A DNA stretch of 64,000 nucleotides. Origin: the human T2T-CHM13v2.0 reference genome, Homo sapiens. Positions 14,471 through 30,749 of the stretch are shown piece after piece (position 1 is the stretch's first letter; every line of letters begins with the position of its first letter). The stretch lies in NCBI RefSeq assembly GCF_009914755.1, contig NC_060931.1. One strand, given 5' to 3'. Both the position numbers and the translations under genes were made by a program. A model generated the notes under the pieces. It worked only from the letters and a program-made list of their open reading frames with translations, was not told the origin of the DNA and did no database searches.

Positions 14471-16909
14471 TGGAATTACTTTTATTTTAAAATCATTGAC
14501 CAATTAGTTGTCTGATTAGGATTTTGTATTGCCTCTGAGATGCATAAGAGATCTTTTTTCTTCTCTGGTACTAAAATGAGGTACAACAAAAAGAACATCT
14601 TGGGCTTCCCCTGAGGTTAGAATATATAATCAACATTATACAGCATAAATAATGCTAAATGAGGCCAACAGATTTGACCAAACAGCTTCCTTCCTCCAAA
14701 ATATACAAGCAGTCTGAACATTAAAACAAAATTTACGAATAAATATATGTTTCAGTTCATTCAAGGACGTCCCCAAAAGTCCAGGGAGTCATCAATGCTG
14801 GGTGGAGGCCTTTCCATTTTCTGTCTTAAACAGAGGACTCCCCCACCTTTCCACCAGCTGCTGGAGGAGTTATTTTAATGTCTTCTGGGTAGCCGAGTTC
14901 TTCCTCTCATCTCAGCCCATGCAACTCTCCCTCTTTTAGTCTTCTATTCCTAGGTGGAGCAATTTGTTTTTGAGCAAAAGGAATGGAATAATGAATTTGC
15001 ATGCATATCTGAGCATTAACACTTTTAGGATTAACTTCTTCAGGTTTACAGGCCCCTTTATTTTTTTCTGTTTCATTTGTCTCCTTCTGTATCCTAGGAC
15101 CGCAGAAAAGTTCTCAGGTTTGTCCAAGCTGGAGTTGTTCTGCAGCAGCTGGGCTAGCAGAAAGCCACCTCCACAGGGCAGGCGGAGAGCAGGCGATCAG
15201 AGCAGTGTGGGTTGCAGAGAAAGCAGAGGCTCAATAGGAAACCCCTGGGGGCACAGGCAGGACAGGTGAGGTGAAGGGGCTGAAGAGGGAATTCAGGCCT
15301 GAGGCTTCTGGGACACAGGTTTCGATGGAAAGCTTATGCCAGCCTGAGCTGCAAGGTTGCGGAGGCACTGCTGTGGGCCTGTGCCTCATAGAGAGCTCAC
15401 AGATGTTCTTGAACCTGTACTATCCATTCACACACTGCAGTCAGGGACTTCAGGACAGCCCCTTTTTGCTGCAGTCTCCCTCTCGACCCTTTTAATGCTG
15501 TACTCACTTTGAAGGGGAGAAGCTTAAAGGGATTCCATCATCTATCACAGAGCATATATTGAAGGGTGCATTTCAAGTTGAGAGCCTATAATTTCATAAT
15601 TGGCATAGAGAGATCAAATTGAAACCATTCAAGTCAACCTTTCGATCTTGCAGCGTGACCTTGCATAAAGGCAGGATGTGGGTGGAAGCCCTGACTCCCA
15701 TTCAAGTTACAGGTCAGCCTGAGGCCGGAATTTAACAAAGTGTAACAGCAGAAGAAATTTGAGAGAGTGAACCAAAGATGAGAGAACATGAGGGACATGT
15801 TGTTTTGTTGTTTGAATACATCTTCGTGAAAGATTTTGACACCAGACTTTAATCATAGCTGATAGGTCCATGACAGTACTGGTGACAATACATTTTTATG
15901 GAAAACAAGCGTAGAAGCTTAGATATGTAAAAAGAAAATCGTAGTAAAGAATCAATATCATCTACTCAAAGACCTAGAAAGGGCCCAGAAGTCTTGGAAA
16001 TTTCCCTGGGATTTTTTTAAACCTGCTCATTTGCTTCTAAATAAATCAGCGTCTCTCTAAAATGCCAGAGGTGAGGTGAAACAAACAAGCAAGCAAACAC
16101 ATGGTTTAAAAAAATTCTTTTCCCGATTATATCAGGGAAAATGTCTTCTTACAGACTTCAGGGGTTCAAACATTTTAAAAATGTATTTTAAAGGTATGTC
16201 ACATTACATTATTGTTTTCTATTATTTCTAGCACTGCAAGTAGTTAAATTTCCTCTAGGTTTAAATCTGACTTTATGGATTAATCTGTGAATCAATTGTA
16301 AGTAACATTGTTACTACAAAAAATGAGTTTTAAGTTTTAGAATCATTCATTTATAAACAGAATATAGTTTTTACATTGGGGAATATCTTTAGTTATCAAT
16401 TAAATACATGGTTGATAGAGTTCATGTTTAAAATTAAATGCTTTTAGAATACAATAAAATCTTGGTAAATGTCAACTTGTTAGTCATTAAAATGTGATTT
16501 GGAAGAATAGCATGCATTGTTTTCCAGTGGTGCAGGTTCAAACAACAACATAATTGCAATAATTAATAGATTTTTCATTAAAACTTCAGAATTACTTTTC
16601 TTCATGGAATAAAGATTCGAAACTTCTCCATAAAATGTTGTTGTTATTCTGAACAACTGCTGCCACCATTTTAAGTCTCCAATCCAAAATAATAACAAAG
16701 GAAAACCATCTTTCAGGAAGTAATAAAACCATATGACAAGTAATAAAGGGAAAAAAGCAAAATTCTAAGATGCCACATTATTGAGTACAGATATTCAAGT
16801 TTAATAGCATTTAAAAAAGCATGTTATTTCAGCAAGAAAAAAATAGATCTAAAGAGAGGCACAAATTTAGAATTTAGACCCAAACTAAATTTCAAATGCA
16901 ATTTGAATA

Positions 16910-17547
<638 letters not shown>

Positions 17548-17790
17548 TATAGAGATTACGGTCATAGATTCTTAAATTGTATAAATGAATTGTACCATGG
17601 TAATGAGAACATGATGTGGTGAGAAAAAAATATTTATTTCCACCTAGAGTCTTGGAGTTTTATTACAGGCCATTACAAAGGTACTACAGAGTGATCCTTG
17701 TATCTTTCATTCAGTTTCCCCTAATGGTTCCATCTTATATAGTTATAGTACAGTATCAAACTATAGTAGGAAACGGATGTTGGTACAATG

Positions 17791-20227
17791 CGTATCAGTC
17801 TGTTTTGTGTTACTATAAAGGAATACCTGAGGCTGGGTGTACTTATAAGGAAAATAGGTTTATTTGGCTTATGGTTCTGCAGGCTATACAAGAAGCATGG
17901 TGCCAGTACCTGCTTCTGGTGAGGGCCTCAGAAAGTTTACACTCATAGCAGAGGGTGAAGGGAACCTGGTGTGTCACATGGCAAAGAGAACAAGAGAGAG
18001 AAAAGATGACAGACTCTTTTTAAAAAAGAATTTCAACTTTTATTTTAGATTCAAGGAGTACATGTGCAGGTTTTTTACATGGTATATTGTGTAATGCCGA
18101 AGTTTGGAGTACGACGGATCCCATCACCCAGGTACTGAGTACCCAATAAATAATTTTTCAACCCTTGTCTTCCGTTCCTCTCACCCTCCACTAGTAGTCC
18201 CTAGTATCTATTGTTGCCATCTTTATGTCCATGAGTAGCGCCCAACATTGAACTCCCACTTAAAAGTGATAACGTGTGGTATTTGGTTTTCTGTTCTGCA
18301 TTAATGTGTTTAGGATAATGGCCTCCAGCTGCATCCATGTTGCTGCAAAGGACATGATTCCATTCTTTTTTATGGCTGTGTTATATTCCACGGTGTATAT
18401 GTACCACATTGTTTTAAATCCAGTCCACCACTGATAGACACTAGGTTGATTCTATGTTGTTGTTATTGTGAATCGTGCTGTGACAACATACAAATGCATG
18501 TGTCTTTTTGGTAAAACCATTTATTGTCTTTTGGATATTTACCCAGTAATGGTATTGCTGGGCCAAATGGTAGTTCTGTTGTCTGTTCTTTGAGAAGTCT
18601 CCTAACTGCTTTCCACAGTGCCTGAAGTAATTTCCATTCCCACCAACAGTGTAGCAGAGTTCCCTTTTCTCTGCAGCCTTGCCAGCATCTGTTTTTTGAC
18701 TTTTTAATAATCGCCATTCTGGCTGGTATGAGATGGTGTCTCACTGTGATTTTATGTTCCTCTGATGATCAGTGATGTGGAACATTTTTTCACATGTTTG
18801 TTGGCTGCTTGTATATCTTGTTTTGAGAAGTATCTGTTTAAGTCTTTTGCCTACTTTTTAATGTTGTGTTGTTGATGATTAGTTTTAGTTCCTTATAGAT
18901 TCTGGATATTAGACCTTTGTCAGATGCATAATTTGCAAATATTTTCCATTCTGTAGATTGTCTGTTAACTGTTGATAGTTTCTTTCGCTGTGCAAAAGGT
19001 CTTTAGTTTAATTAGCTTCCACTTGTCAATTTTTGTTTTTGTTGCTATTGCTTTTGAGGACTTAATCATAAATTCTTTCCGAAGGTCGACATCCAGAATG
19101 GTGTTTCCTGGGTTTTCTTTTAGGATTCTTAAAGTTTGAGGTCTTACATTTAAATCTTTAATCCATTTTGAGTCAATTTTGGTATATGGTAAAAGGTAGA
19201 GGTTCAGTTTCATTTTTCTGCAGATGGATAGCCAGCTCTCACAGCACCATGTATTGGATAGGGAGTCCTTTCCCTATTGCTTATTTTTGTCAACTTTGTT
19301 GAAGATCAGATGACTGTAGGTGTGTGGCTTTATTTCTGGGTTCTCTAAACTGTTTCATTGGTCTGTGTATCTGTTTTTGTACCAGTTCCATGCTGCTTTG
19401 GTTATTGTAGCCGTATAGTATAGTTTCAAGTCAGGTAATGTGATGCCCCTGGCTTTGTTCTTTTTGCTTAGAATTGCTTTGGCTATTCAGGCTCTTTTGG
19501 TTCCATATGAATTTCGGAATTGTTTTTTTTCCAGTTCTGTGAAAAATGACCTTGGTAGCTTGATAGGAATAGTGTTGAATCTGTAGTTTGCTTAGGAGAG
19601 TATGGCCAAGCATTTTTAATTATATTGACTCTTCCAATCCATGAGCATGGAATGTTTTTCTATTTGTTTGTGTCATCTATGATTTCTTTCAGCAGTGTTT
19701 TGTAATTCTCCTTGTAGAGATCTTTCACTTCCTCAGTTATATGTATTCCTAGATATGTTATTATTTTTTTTCAGCTATTGTAAATGGGATTGCATTCTTG
19801 ATTTGGCTCTCAGCTTGAATGTTACTGGTGTGTAGACATGCTATTGACTTTTGTACATTGATTTTGTGCCCTGAAACTTTACTGAAGTAATTTATTAGTT
19901 CCAGGAGCCTTTTGGAAGAGTCTTTAGGATTTTCTAGGTAAAAAATCATATTGTCAGTTAAGTGAGATAGTTTGATTTCCTCTTTTCTTACTTGGATGCC
20001 TTTTATTTCTTTCTCTTGCCTGATTGCTCTAGCTAGGATTTCTCAGGCTGTTATGAACAATCAGATAGTTAATAGAGCAAGAATTCACTCATTACCATGG
20101 GGATGGCAGCCACACCCATTCATGAGGAATCTACCTCCATGAGGCAAACACGTCCCACTAGTATCTACCTCCAACACTGGCGATCACGTTTCAGTGTGAG
20201 ATATGGAGACTTACCCAAACTATACCA
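17791..20227 (-). mobile_element. MSTB-like MaLR LTR (17791-18019 and 20045-20227), split by an L1
   Basis: Starts cgtatcagtctgttttgtgttactataaaggaatacctgaggctggg and ends cacccattcatgaggaatc...cccaaactatacca. Confidence 0.85.
18020..20044 (-). mobile_element. L1PA13-16/L1PB-like element, 5'-truncated
   Basis: ORF2 peptides ([25 protein letters not shown]; [17 protein letters not shown]) and a 3' UTR ttttattttagattcaaggagtacatgtgcagg. Degenerate TSD cagactcttttta / caggctgttatga. Confidence 0.93.
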
Positions 20228-21116
20228 ATGTGCATTTGTAGATCTATGTCATTTCATCACGTGTGTATATTCATGGAACCTCTACCACAGTCAAAATACA
20301 GAACTATTCCATCACCAGAAAGATCTCCCTCTTGCTGTTCCTTTAGTCACACCTGCTTCTCTTCCCCCACCATCCCCAACCCCCGGCGACTACTAATTGT
20401 TTCTCATCTCTATAATTTTGTCAGTTCAGGAATGTTATGTAATGGAATCACACAGTATGTGATCATTTGGGAGAGGCTTTTCTTTTTTCCACACAGCATA
20501 AAGGATGTACAGTGGCTAAGTAGTGTATATCAGTAGTTTGCCCATTTTTATTGAGCAGAATTATTTATTCTAATAATGGCTTTTTGACTCATCTAGATTT
20601 TGGCTCCTGGCATGGTCTCTTGCTTTAATGAGGTATAGGAAAAATCTTTTAGATATCACTAATACATTGGAGGAGCTCAGTAGATAGCATAAACTAAATA
20701 CTAGGGGAAGTGGAGATATATTTCATAATCTTTCATGCTTGTGGAGCATAAGTACTTGGAAAAATATGTAATATTTAAATATGTAAATATTTAAAACCAA
20801 TCGATTTGAAATTTAAGATTCAAGAGATGTTAGAACAAGTGTTATATAAAATACTGCTAATAATGGAAGTACAACAGGATTAGATTAAGTTGTTTTTAAT
20901 AACAAACACTAGTGAGAAGAATATGTTTCCATTAGAAACTGTTTTTCTAAGAAAAACAATCGATGTGAATTTTTTTACTATGACATATTTAAATGTTTAG
21001 GCTCTTCATTGAAACATTTTCATAAATAGCACTAGTAGGAACATTAATTGGATAAACCTTGAATTTCCTTCAAAACATGCAATTTAGAGTTGAGACTTTG
21101 GGAATGATACCAAAAT

Positions 21117-21134
21117 CTACCACCTGGTGGCAGT
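21117..21134 (-). promoter_or_regulatory. Candidate CTCF-binding motif
   Basis: Minus strand actgCCACCAGGTGGTAG is one mismatch from the CCACCAGGTGGCAG core and lies in non-repeat DNA. This is a motif match only. Confidence 0.45.
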
Positions 21135-21899
21135 ATATCCTAACTGCATACTTCAAAAGTAGGTAGGTGTTGTGACGGGTGGGAGAGGGCGGCAGCTTTG
21201 TGAATGCTGAACCTGGTAACAAGTTTGGACTTATATCCAAAGACTTCACACCAAGTAGTTGAAGTGGGGTAGGTGTTTCTATCAGTGGCTAGACAAAGGA
21301 TGCAGGAGACATGTTGTACTTTCATGAAGAAAAATCTTTGAAAACTATTCTGGCTCAAATTAGTTTTCCAAATTCCAAACTCTAACACAGGAGCATGCCT
21401 GAAAATTTCCTAAACAGTGTAATATTAATAAATGAATGAAAGTGGAACTCACAATGGCCTTTTAATAGAGCTCTTTCATACAGCGTTTCTCAGCATATGT
21501 TTGTGGCACCATGCCAAAATGCAGCACAGTAAAAGAGCCTCTAAAGAGTGAAGAAATTATGCAGCTTCCCCTACCCCTGGGCAGAATACTAGAGGTTTAT
21601 TTTCTTCAGTGGGTAACATAGAGGGTTTCTGAAAAAGGGTCCTTCAGTTACAGTTGAAAATGGAGATTCTGTACTGGCAGCAGTTCTATTAAGTGCACAC
21701 AGGCATATACGATGCTGATGCTCTCTTTTCCTCGTCTCTTGCTAGGCTCCTAGAATCAAATAACCAGTCTGCTATTGTTAGAACAGGAGAATGGAAGAAC
21801 TTTCTCTGGAAAGTCTGATCAGTGGAAGAGCAAAGCTCTAAAAATATTAACATCACTGCTTTTCCAATGAAATAGCACAGTTAGCTCACCTTATGATAA

Positions 21900-23890
21900 A
21901 ATGAATCCTTGAGAGGCTTAACTCATATACTCAATGAATCAACTCATTAGTTTCCCACTTACAAATAAGAACAGAAAACTGAGAGTTGCCAGATATCTGA
22001 GGAAAGCCTCTTACATAAAAAATCAGAGACTAAGCAAATGAAGAGGGGAAAAAAAGAAGTTCGGAGGAAACAGACTGTAAGGAGGAAAAGATTTTTAAAA
22101 TACCACAAATATGCTCAGCTACAAGGAGATATTGTAATCATGAAACAAGAACAGGTGCAGTTAAACATGGACATGCAGGACACAAATACCTTTTTGAAGT
22201 TAAAAATATAACTAAAATTCTACTGGAAGTATTAGAAAATAAAAAATTTGGAAAGCAGAACTAAGAAAAATAAATCGAAAAATGGGAGAAATAAATTAGA
22301 GGATCAGCAAGCACAGTTGGTGTCTTATCTGTTGAATAGCAAGTTTCAGAAACAGAGTAAATAGAAATGGAGAAAGATGAGAGTTATCAAGGCAATAATT
22401 TAAATAATTTTCCTAGAACTGATACAAATGAGTTGTCAGGCAGATGGTCTCACTGAATGCCTAGAAAAATAAGCAAAATTCAGCCCTCATCAAGGCAAAT
22501 TATTAGAAGACTAGCAGCAAAGAAAATACCTATATCTTTCCTGAGTATCACTGTCCAATAAAGTTGCCGCAAACCACATGTGACGATGGAGCTTTTGATA
22601 TGCAGCTAGTCCAAACAAACATGCTATAAGTGTGAAATACACATTATATACACATTAAATACACATTATATTTTGAACACCTAGATTTTAAAAGTTTGTA
22701 AAATACTTTCTTACAATGATTTATATTGATCACTTCTTAATGATAACATCCGGATATATTTAGTTAAATAAAATACTAAAATTAATTTCACCTGTTTCTT
22801 TTTAATATTTTAAAACGTGCTATTAAAATTTTAAAATTGCGTATGTGGCTAACATTTGTAGATTATCTTATATTTCAATTGAACAGTGCTATTCTAGAGG
22901 AAATAAAAACCACAGAGAAAGAATCATGAATCATGTGGGTTCTCTATGATTCTAGAAGCTAGAACACAAAATTCTGAAGGAAAAATCATTTTCCATCTAT
23001 AGTTCTATGATCAGGACAATTATCAACCAAGTATGCAAAAAATATAAAGATATTCTTAGGTATGTAGGTTCTCAAAAAATTTATCCTGAATACATCCAAT
23101 CTTAGGGAAATACTGGCTAATATTCTCTATTAAAATAAGTAACCTAAGAATGAGAAAGGTATGGGATTAAAAAGAATAGCAAAATCAATACTTTCCTATT
23201 TTATTTCTGATAGAGGAGAGAAAAAAGGAATGTCCAGGAGGGATAAAGGCATAGCAAGCAACAGGTTCATGTGAGCACTCTTCATAGGGCTCCAGGAGAT
23301 ATTTCTTCAAGAAGATGAAATTGAGATATTGCTTTATGTGTCTCTATTTCCTGAGGGAAGATACAGGATTGGGAGAAAGTTTGGGGTTAAATTGATGCTA
23401 ATTTAATAGAAATTAAACAATTATACAATGATTAACTGCAAGACAGAGAGTTGTACGGTAAATGAAAGCAATCGGTTTACTGCATATCTCCTTTGAGAAT
23501 AGTGTTACTGTAGTCTTGTAAATATTGAATATCAATCAATTGAAATTATGGTATAACTCTACGGGAGGATAGGGAGAGGAGAAAGAGGAAATGTAGAGGG
23601 GTAAGGGAAGAAATGAAGCTTCATCTTCATCTGCCATAATGGGTATTCTTTTCACAAAACTAAAACTGACAAATCAAGAATTAGCAAACATGTTACTTAA
23701 TAATATCAAAGAAATTTCTTAAAATATCAGCTTTAATAGAATTGAATGTGGCTGCTTGTAGAGAGGAGAAAATTGGACAAGAAGAAGTGGTCAGGAAAAT
23801 TGCTATTTTATTTAACAACATTAATGGAATATTTAACCTTAAACTATAGTCATATGTAACTTAGACTTTTACAAAAACTGATACATAAAA
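21900..23890 (+). mobile_element. HAL1-like / old L1 ORF1-type element
   Basis: Degenerate ORF1-like A-rich sequence with no ORF2, ending in a HAL1-like 3' end (aattgaatgtggctgcttg...ttaaactatagtcatatgtaactt). Confidence 0.5.
22546..22891. mobile_element. MER33-like hAT-Charlie MITE
   Basis: Terminal inverted repeats cactgtccaata / attgaacagtg. Internal aaaattaatttcacctgtttcttttt. 8-bp TSD-like ttcctgag / ttctagag. Confidence 0.85.
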
Positions 23891-24243
23891 AATGAGTACA
23901 ACTTTGGTAATCTGAGGATTCATCATGTCCAAAGTCTGCAAGTCAATCTAATGACCCATAGGCCTAAGAAGGCCCAGTGTGCCAGAAAGATATCAGGCAG
24001 AAACGTAGCTTACATTTTGGATTGTGTAATAAATTAATGAGTCTGCTAATCTGGGGTAAAGTAAGTAAGGAGTTGCCCTTTTAAGAACTGGAATAGACTA
24101 TCCTCTGTATCTAGGTAGCTGGGACCATGCTTATAGCATCGATAAAAGGACATGACTAGCCAAGAATCCAAGCCCACAATTCAGAGAAATCCTTGGTTCA
24201 TTCTTGGGTTAGGGAACCTTCTCCAGGTGTATTTATTTTCAGG

Positions 24244-25319
<1,076 letters not shown>

Positions 25320-26384
25320 TTAGGGAGCATTACAGGAACTGAGAAAGAAGCTTGCATCTACAAAATAGAAAGAATACACAGTTGTCTCAGTTGAGGAGAG
25401 AATTGTGCGTGTGTTCTAAAATCTTTTCTCTTTGCAGTATAACAATCTGTTGGTAAATAATAAATTGCCATTTTCTTTAAAGTGAATTATTTAGGAAATA
25501 TGGTTCCTCTCAATGTTTTTGAAACTATCTTAAAATAAATTAGTTGCTATGTGTATAAACAACAGTTCTTTCAGATCATTAGGAAACATTTTAACCAGTT
25601 TCATTGTTAGGGAGAACAATTACATAAGTTGGTCAGATGCGTTAGACAAAAGGTTTTGGTTAAATCCAAGTCTGGGTCACTTCGCATCTCCTTCTAATTT
25701 AAATTAGATTTAAATTTCCAAAACACCCAATAGTTACTTGAGGAGATTAGGTGGAAGAACATGAATGAATTGGCACAAATATATCAATATTCTTCACAAA
25801 TTAGGGATGCTCTGGTAGAATGTGTGTTTCTATGGAGATGAGAATAACTCTGAGGCCATTGTCATGGTCTTGAATGACTGGGGTTCTAATAATTCAGCAA
25901 CATTCTGTGCTTATGTATAAACTACTATTCATAGCAACTGGCCCATTGACATTTTTGCAAAGCCACTTTTGACACTCTATTAAAGCTTACATTTGTTTAT
26001 GTATAGAGTGAATATTTTAGGAAATTGAGGCCTGTGTTTTTTTTTAAAAAAAAGAGAAAGTAAGATTTATTTATTCTACGATCAGCTATTTTAAAAACAA
26101 AGGGATTACAATTAACACTTGAGCCTGGAAGTCTCCTCACATAGCAAATTGCCAAAGAATTCCTTCTTAAGAAGCAACAGAGTTATTACAGATTCCTGTC
26201 CGCAGTCTGCTCCCTATCCATAAGCTCCTGATCTATGGTATATTTGCTGAATTGTCAGTGAAGTTTCTGCAGAGAAAACTGCCCTCAGTGCTGCATAGAG
26301 GAAATAATGCTAGAAGTAGAATCAAGCTGGCTTGCTGCATAATCTCAGCAAAAACACATAGATAGCCTCTCTGGGTTTTTAAGA

Positions 26385-26720
26385 AAATAAAAAGAAAGGC
26401 CAAAGATTAGAAAATATATTTTCAAAATATGTATTTAATAAATCACTTGTATTAAGAATATATTAACTCTTATAGCTCAATAATAAGAGAAAAAAATCTC
26501 AATTAAAAATGGGCAGAAGATTTGAACACACTTCATCAAAGAACATACACAAATGGCCAACAAACACATAAAGAGATGTTCAATGCTATTGCTAATTACC
26601 CAAATTCAAATTAACCTCATAATAAGATATTACCACATACTAGAGTTTAACAGGAGTGATAGATAGTACAGAAAATCAGGAGCAATTTGATTCTTGTCTA
26701 TACCCTGATGGGCTGTTTAA
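26385..26720 (+). mobile_element. Old L1M ORF2 fragment
   Basis: caattaaaaatgggcagaagatttgaacacacttcatcaaagaacatacacaaatggccaacaaacacat. Confidence 0.75.
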
Positions 26721-29262
26721 ATTGTCTTTTAGAAATTCTACTTTTTGCCAGAAGAATATCTAGTTTTCCTTTAGGAAGAGCATCTCCATCTAGTTGTCAT
26801 CTCAGATTTTCTTAGAACCAAAAAGCATTGCCTAGAGTAAAATGTTTCTACCCTCTCTTTAGGTTCTGATATATTTTTGTAGCCTGAAATCCTTCAGTAT
26901 AATTTCTGACCAAAATAGGGCATCCCACCCCTAGAAGAATTTGGATAAAATTCTCATTGCAAGCTTTGTCTTAACTCTTTCAATGAGAGAAAGAAGTCAA
27001 TGGATTATAACACTGAGGAGATTCTTGGATGATTCCTCTGAGAGGGGAATAACACAACCCAGAAAATGTGTTGAGCATTCAGGTGTAAGTAGAAGATGTC
27101 TGTGGTTCCTCTACCACATTGTGAATCGTAAGTAACCATCAGAAGGCCCATCGCCACCTGCTTGCTTAGGATTTCTGACCCAGGACAGTGAATGGAGAGC
27201 CTTGCCTTAGCTTTGAATTTCCAAAACACCCAGGCTCATGGTACAGTATAGTATATGGGGACAGAGATGGTAAGTGTCAAAATTTGTATCTTTCCACATA
27301 AGGCTTGGATGGTAGGAGGTTTTTAAGAAGAAAAGCATACCTGGAAAAATTTTATATTCTAAGGGTTAACCTATAGATTAAGTATCTTAAGTTTGTTTTT
27401 TCATATCCATCATTATGAAGTACTTAGGTCCAGGAGATCTGTTTGGAAAAACCAGTGAAGTAATCATAAGGACAATTCTAGGAACAAAATATTTATGCAC
27501 CCCTATTTTTTGATGACTTAGACTCATTAAGGAATTTCAGCACAAATGCACAATTTTCTCAACAAATATTATAAAAAAGATACTGAAAAGGATGGGAGAA
27601 GAGAAACAATTGGGGAAATAAGCATTTGTAAGAACATAAAATGTTAAGAAAAGCTAAACACATGAGAGTATTTTATTAACGCTTTCGTTCCCATAAAGTA
27701 GGAGTTGAGGTCTAACAAGAATGTTAAACATTAAAGCTAAAATTTAAAATTTGAGATAAGAGAAATCAAATTGAAAATAAAGGCTAAAACCAAATTCTAA
27801 AACGTCTGTAAAGAAGCAGTAAAAGTTTCAGGCAAAATGACAAAACCCAATGGGATGAGAGCCTGAAGCTGTTATTCTAGATGAGATTAAGGATAAGGAA
27901 GAATTAAGAGCTAAAAATATGGAAGTAAGAAAAAGCTTAAAGGGGAAAATTGTGAGAAAATTTGAAATATCATAGAAGATAAGTCATTCTGACATATTAC
28001 CAGAATTATTCTTCAAAATGGAATAATCCTATGATGATTTGTAAAATGGCCATTCTTTAAAAAATTTTACATTGCAGTTACAGAAGGATGATTCGCTTGT
28101 AGTGGGGTGGGCCATTGGATAGTGAAAGGCAGGTCAGGGGTGTCAAGGTGCCCCAACCCAGTATGTGCAGATGGGATGGTGGGATCTAGGTAGACCCATG
28201 ATGAGAACAGAGGGGACAACATGGAGTCTTGTTGGAAAGGCAGACTTTGTGATAGCTCTTGCTTGATTTTATATCTTGGTGGACCATCAGATTCTGATTT
28301 TAATGCAAATACATTCCATTCCTTTAAATATATACACTCTCTTCCATATGTATTATAAATAAAAAAGAACTTATTTAGAATAGCTCTGGGCTCACTCATG
28401 TTTTTGTATATTACTGTATCCTTTTGGAGCTGTTCTCCAAACTCTAGAGGCACCATTCAGACAGAAGAAATCAATTTCAGACACGATGGGATAACAGTTT
28501 TCAACTCACTGGGCTGCAAGTTTGCAGGTGAGTCACATAGCCTAAAAGAGACACAGACAAACAGACAGAGACACAGGCGGGCTTACTGAGACGTGGGAAG
28601 AGAGAGAAGCAGAGAGAGGATGAAGAATTAACAGGGAAAAGAAACAATAACATCCTTGATTTGGGCCAAGGTTTTGCAACCAACTTCATGAAATCCATCT
28701 GATGTCTGCAACTGAGATGTCTATTGCAGCAAAAAACCCAGAGGCTCCACAGCAATTTTATGTACTGTTCTTATTCTGTGTTTTGTTCTCAGTGGCTTCT
28801 GGCCCTTAGCAGTGAATATTTATAATAACAGGGACGGTGATTTGTTGGGAAAAATGGGCAGAAGGGAGAGAAGTAATCCTGGTTTCTCAGTGCAAACAAG
28901 GAAAAAAAGGATGGATTTTCTGGTGGCAGTACCAGGGAATTAGGGTTTTTCAGTTCATCTACAGAACATACTGGAGAAAAGTGACCAACATCTAAATATT
29001 CCATTTGCTTATAAAAATAAAAAAGTGTCAATTGTTAAAATATATTTTTCTGAAAACTGAACATGAGAAGAAATTATGTAACTATCATACTATGACAGTT
29101 CTGTTTAATTAGCAATCAGTACAAGGCAAACATACTTCAAGAAAATTATTTTAAAAGGCAGGATTGTATAGTGCTGTCCATTTAATGAAATTTCTGTTTT
29201 CCAAAATAGACAAAATTGTGAAATTTGTGCTGCTGGTGTTCAGCAGCTCTGATCTTTCCTTT

Positions 29263-29597
<335 letters not shown>

Positions 29598-30749
29598 TAG
29601 AGCTCGTTAGTGCCCTTCGTGCCATTTCCTCCTCCTCCACAATGTGGGATGGCACCCAGTGCCCTGGAGAGCCCAGTCCTCCCCTAGATGAGCAATTTGT
29701 TATAGGAACCATTTACAATTTCGTATCAAGGAGTTTACAAGTCACTGCCTCAATTCTATATTTTAAGACGTATATTTTTCTAAATAAAATATTTGCTTTG
29801 GCTAAAGAGCTTTCACTCACCTATGAGCAGCTGAACAGAGGGAATTTCAGAAGGCAGAGGGTACTTCCATTGCACCTAAAACTCTACCTCTAAAAGAATT
29901 GATTTTGTCAGTGAGGAAGGCCTAAAATGGTAGTTTATTTTCCAAAAGTGAAGCAAACAAAAAAAATCAGAGGATATTATATATTTGTATATAATACGTA
30001 TCTCCAGTGAAAAGCTGATCTTTTTGTCCTTTGTCTAGATGGCTTGTACAGAGGCTAAATGGAATGCTATTTGGTTTCTTCAGGTCATAGAAACCTAGCA
30101 TGGGGGGGCTGCAGAGGCAAGAGGCTTAGATGAACTGTGTGACTTTCATTTGGCACCAAATTTTGAGCAGTGTGTTTAATGCCATCACACAGTCTTCTAA
30201 ATTAAACTGCTGAATGTATCTCAAGTTTGAAATGAGTCTTAGATATCACAGCAGCAAAATGGTACTTTGAGAGAGGCTCCTGAAGCACTTCATGCTTAGG
30301 GAATAGATTTCAAGTCCTCATAGTAGAACCAGATAGGCATTAGACTTGTGCGCGTGTTCCTTCTCCGCAGTCCTTCCAGCAGCTTCTGAACTCTCTGCCT
30401 TTGCCTGCCGTGCAGGAGGGAAGCTGAGAGCCCTTTCCTGCCTGCACTGCCCTGGAGCTCAGGTGGGTTGCAAGGCCCCAGTGAGGTTGAGCAGAGAATG
30501 CACAGCTGGAGCATGGTTTACGGAACAGGACAAACTGTATGGCGGACCTATGATGATACATATTCTTAAAGAGAATAATATTCAACCTGTAAATAAAAAA
30601 CCTTGAGAGAATGGAGTTAAAATAATGTTATCATTAGTGAGCATCTTAGTTTGTGGGAGTTCACATAAAATATCTCTGCCTGCAGCATTCTTGCTTAGTT
30701 ACACTCGCCTCCATCACTCCATGCACACATTAATTTGGCTTATTATATC

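Larger units (their letters stand above)
17660..20560 (-). mobile_element. Old L1 (L1MC-like) 3' end, present as 17660-17790 and 20228-20560 around nested insertions
   Basis: cagtttcccctaatggttccatcttatatagttatagtacagtatcaaa resumes as catttcatcacgtgtgtatattcatggaacctctaccacagtcaaaatacagaactattcc. Confidence 0.65.

Noticed and set aside
27100-28535. Several plus-strand splice-donor-like motifs (gtaagt, caggtgagt)
   Set aside because: I could not pair them with convincing acceptors or an open frame.
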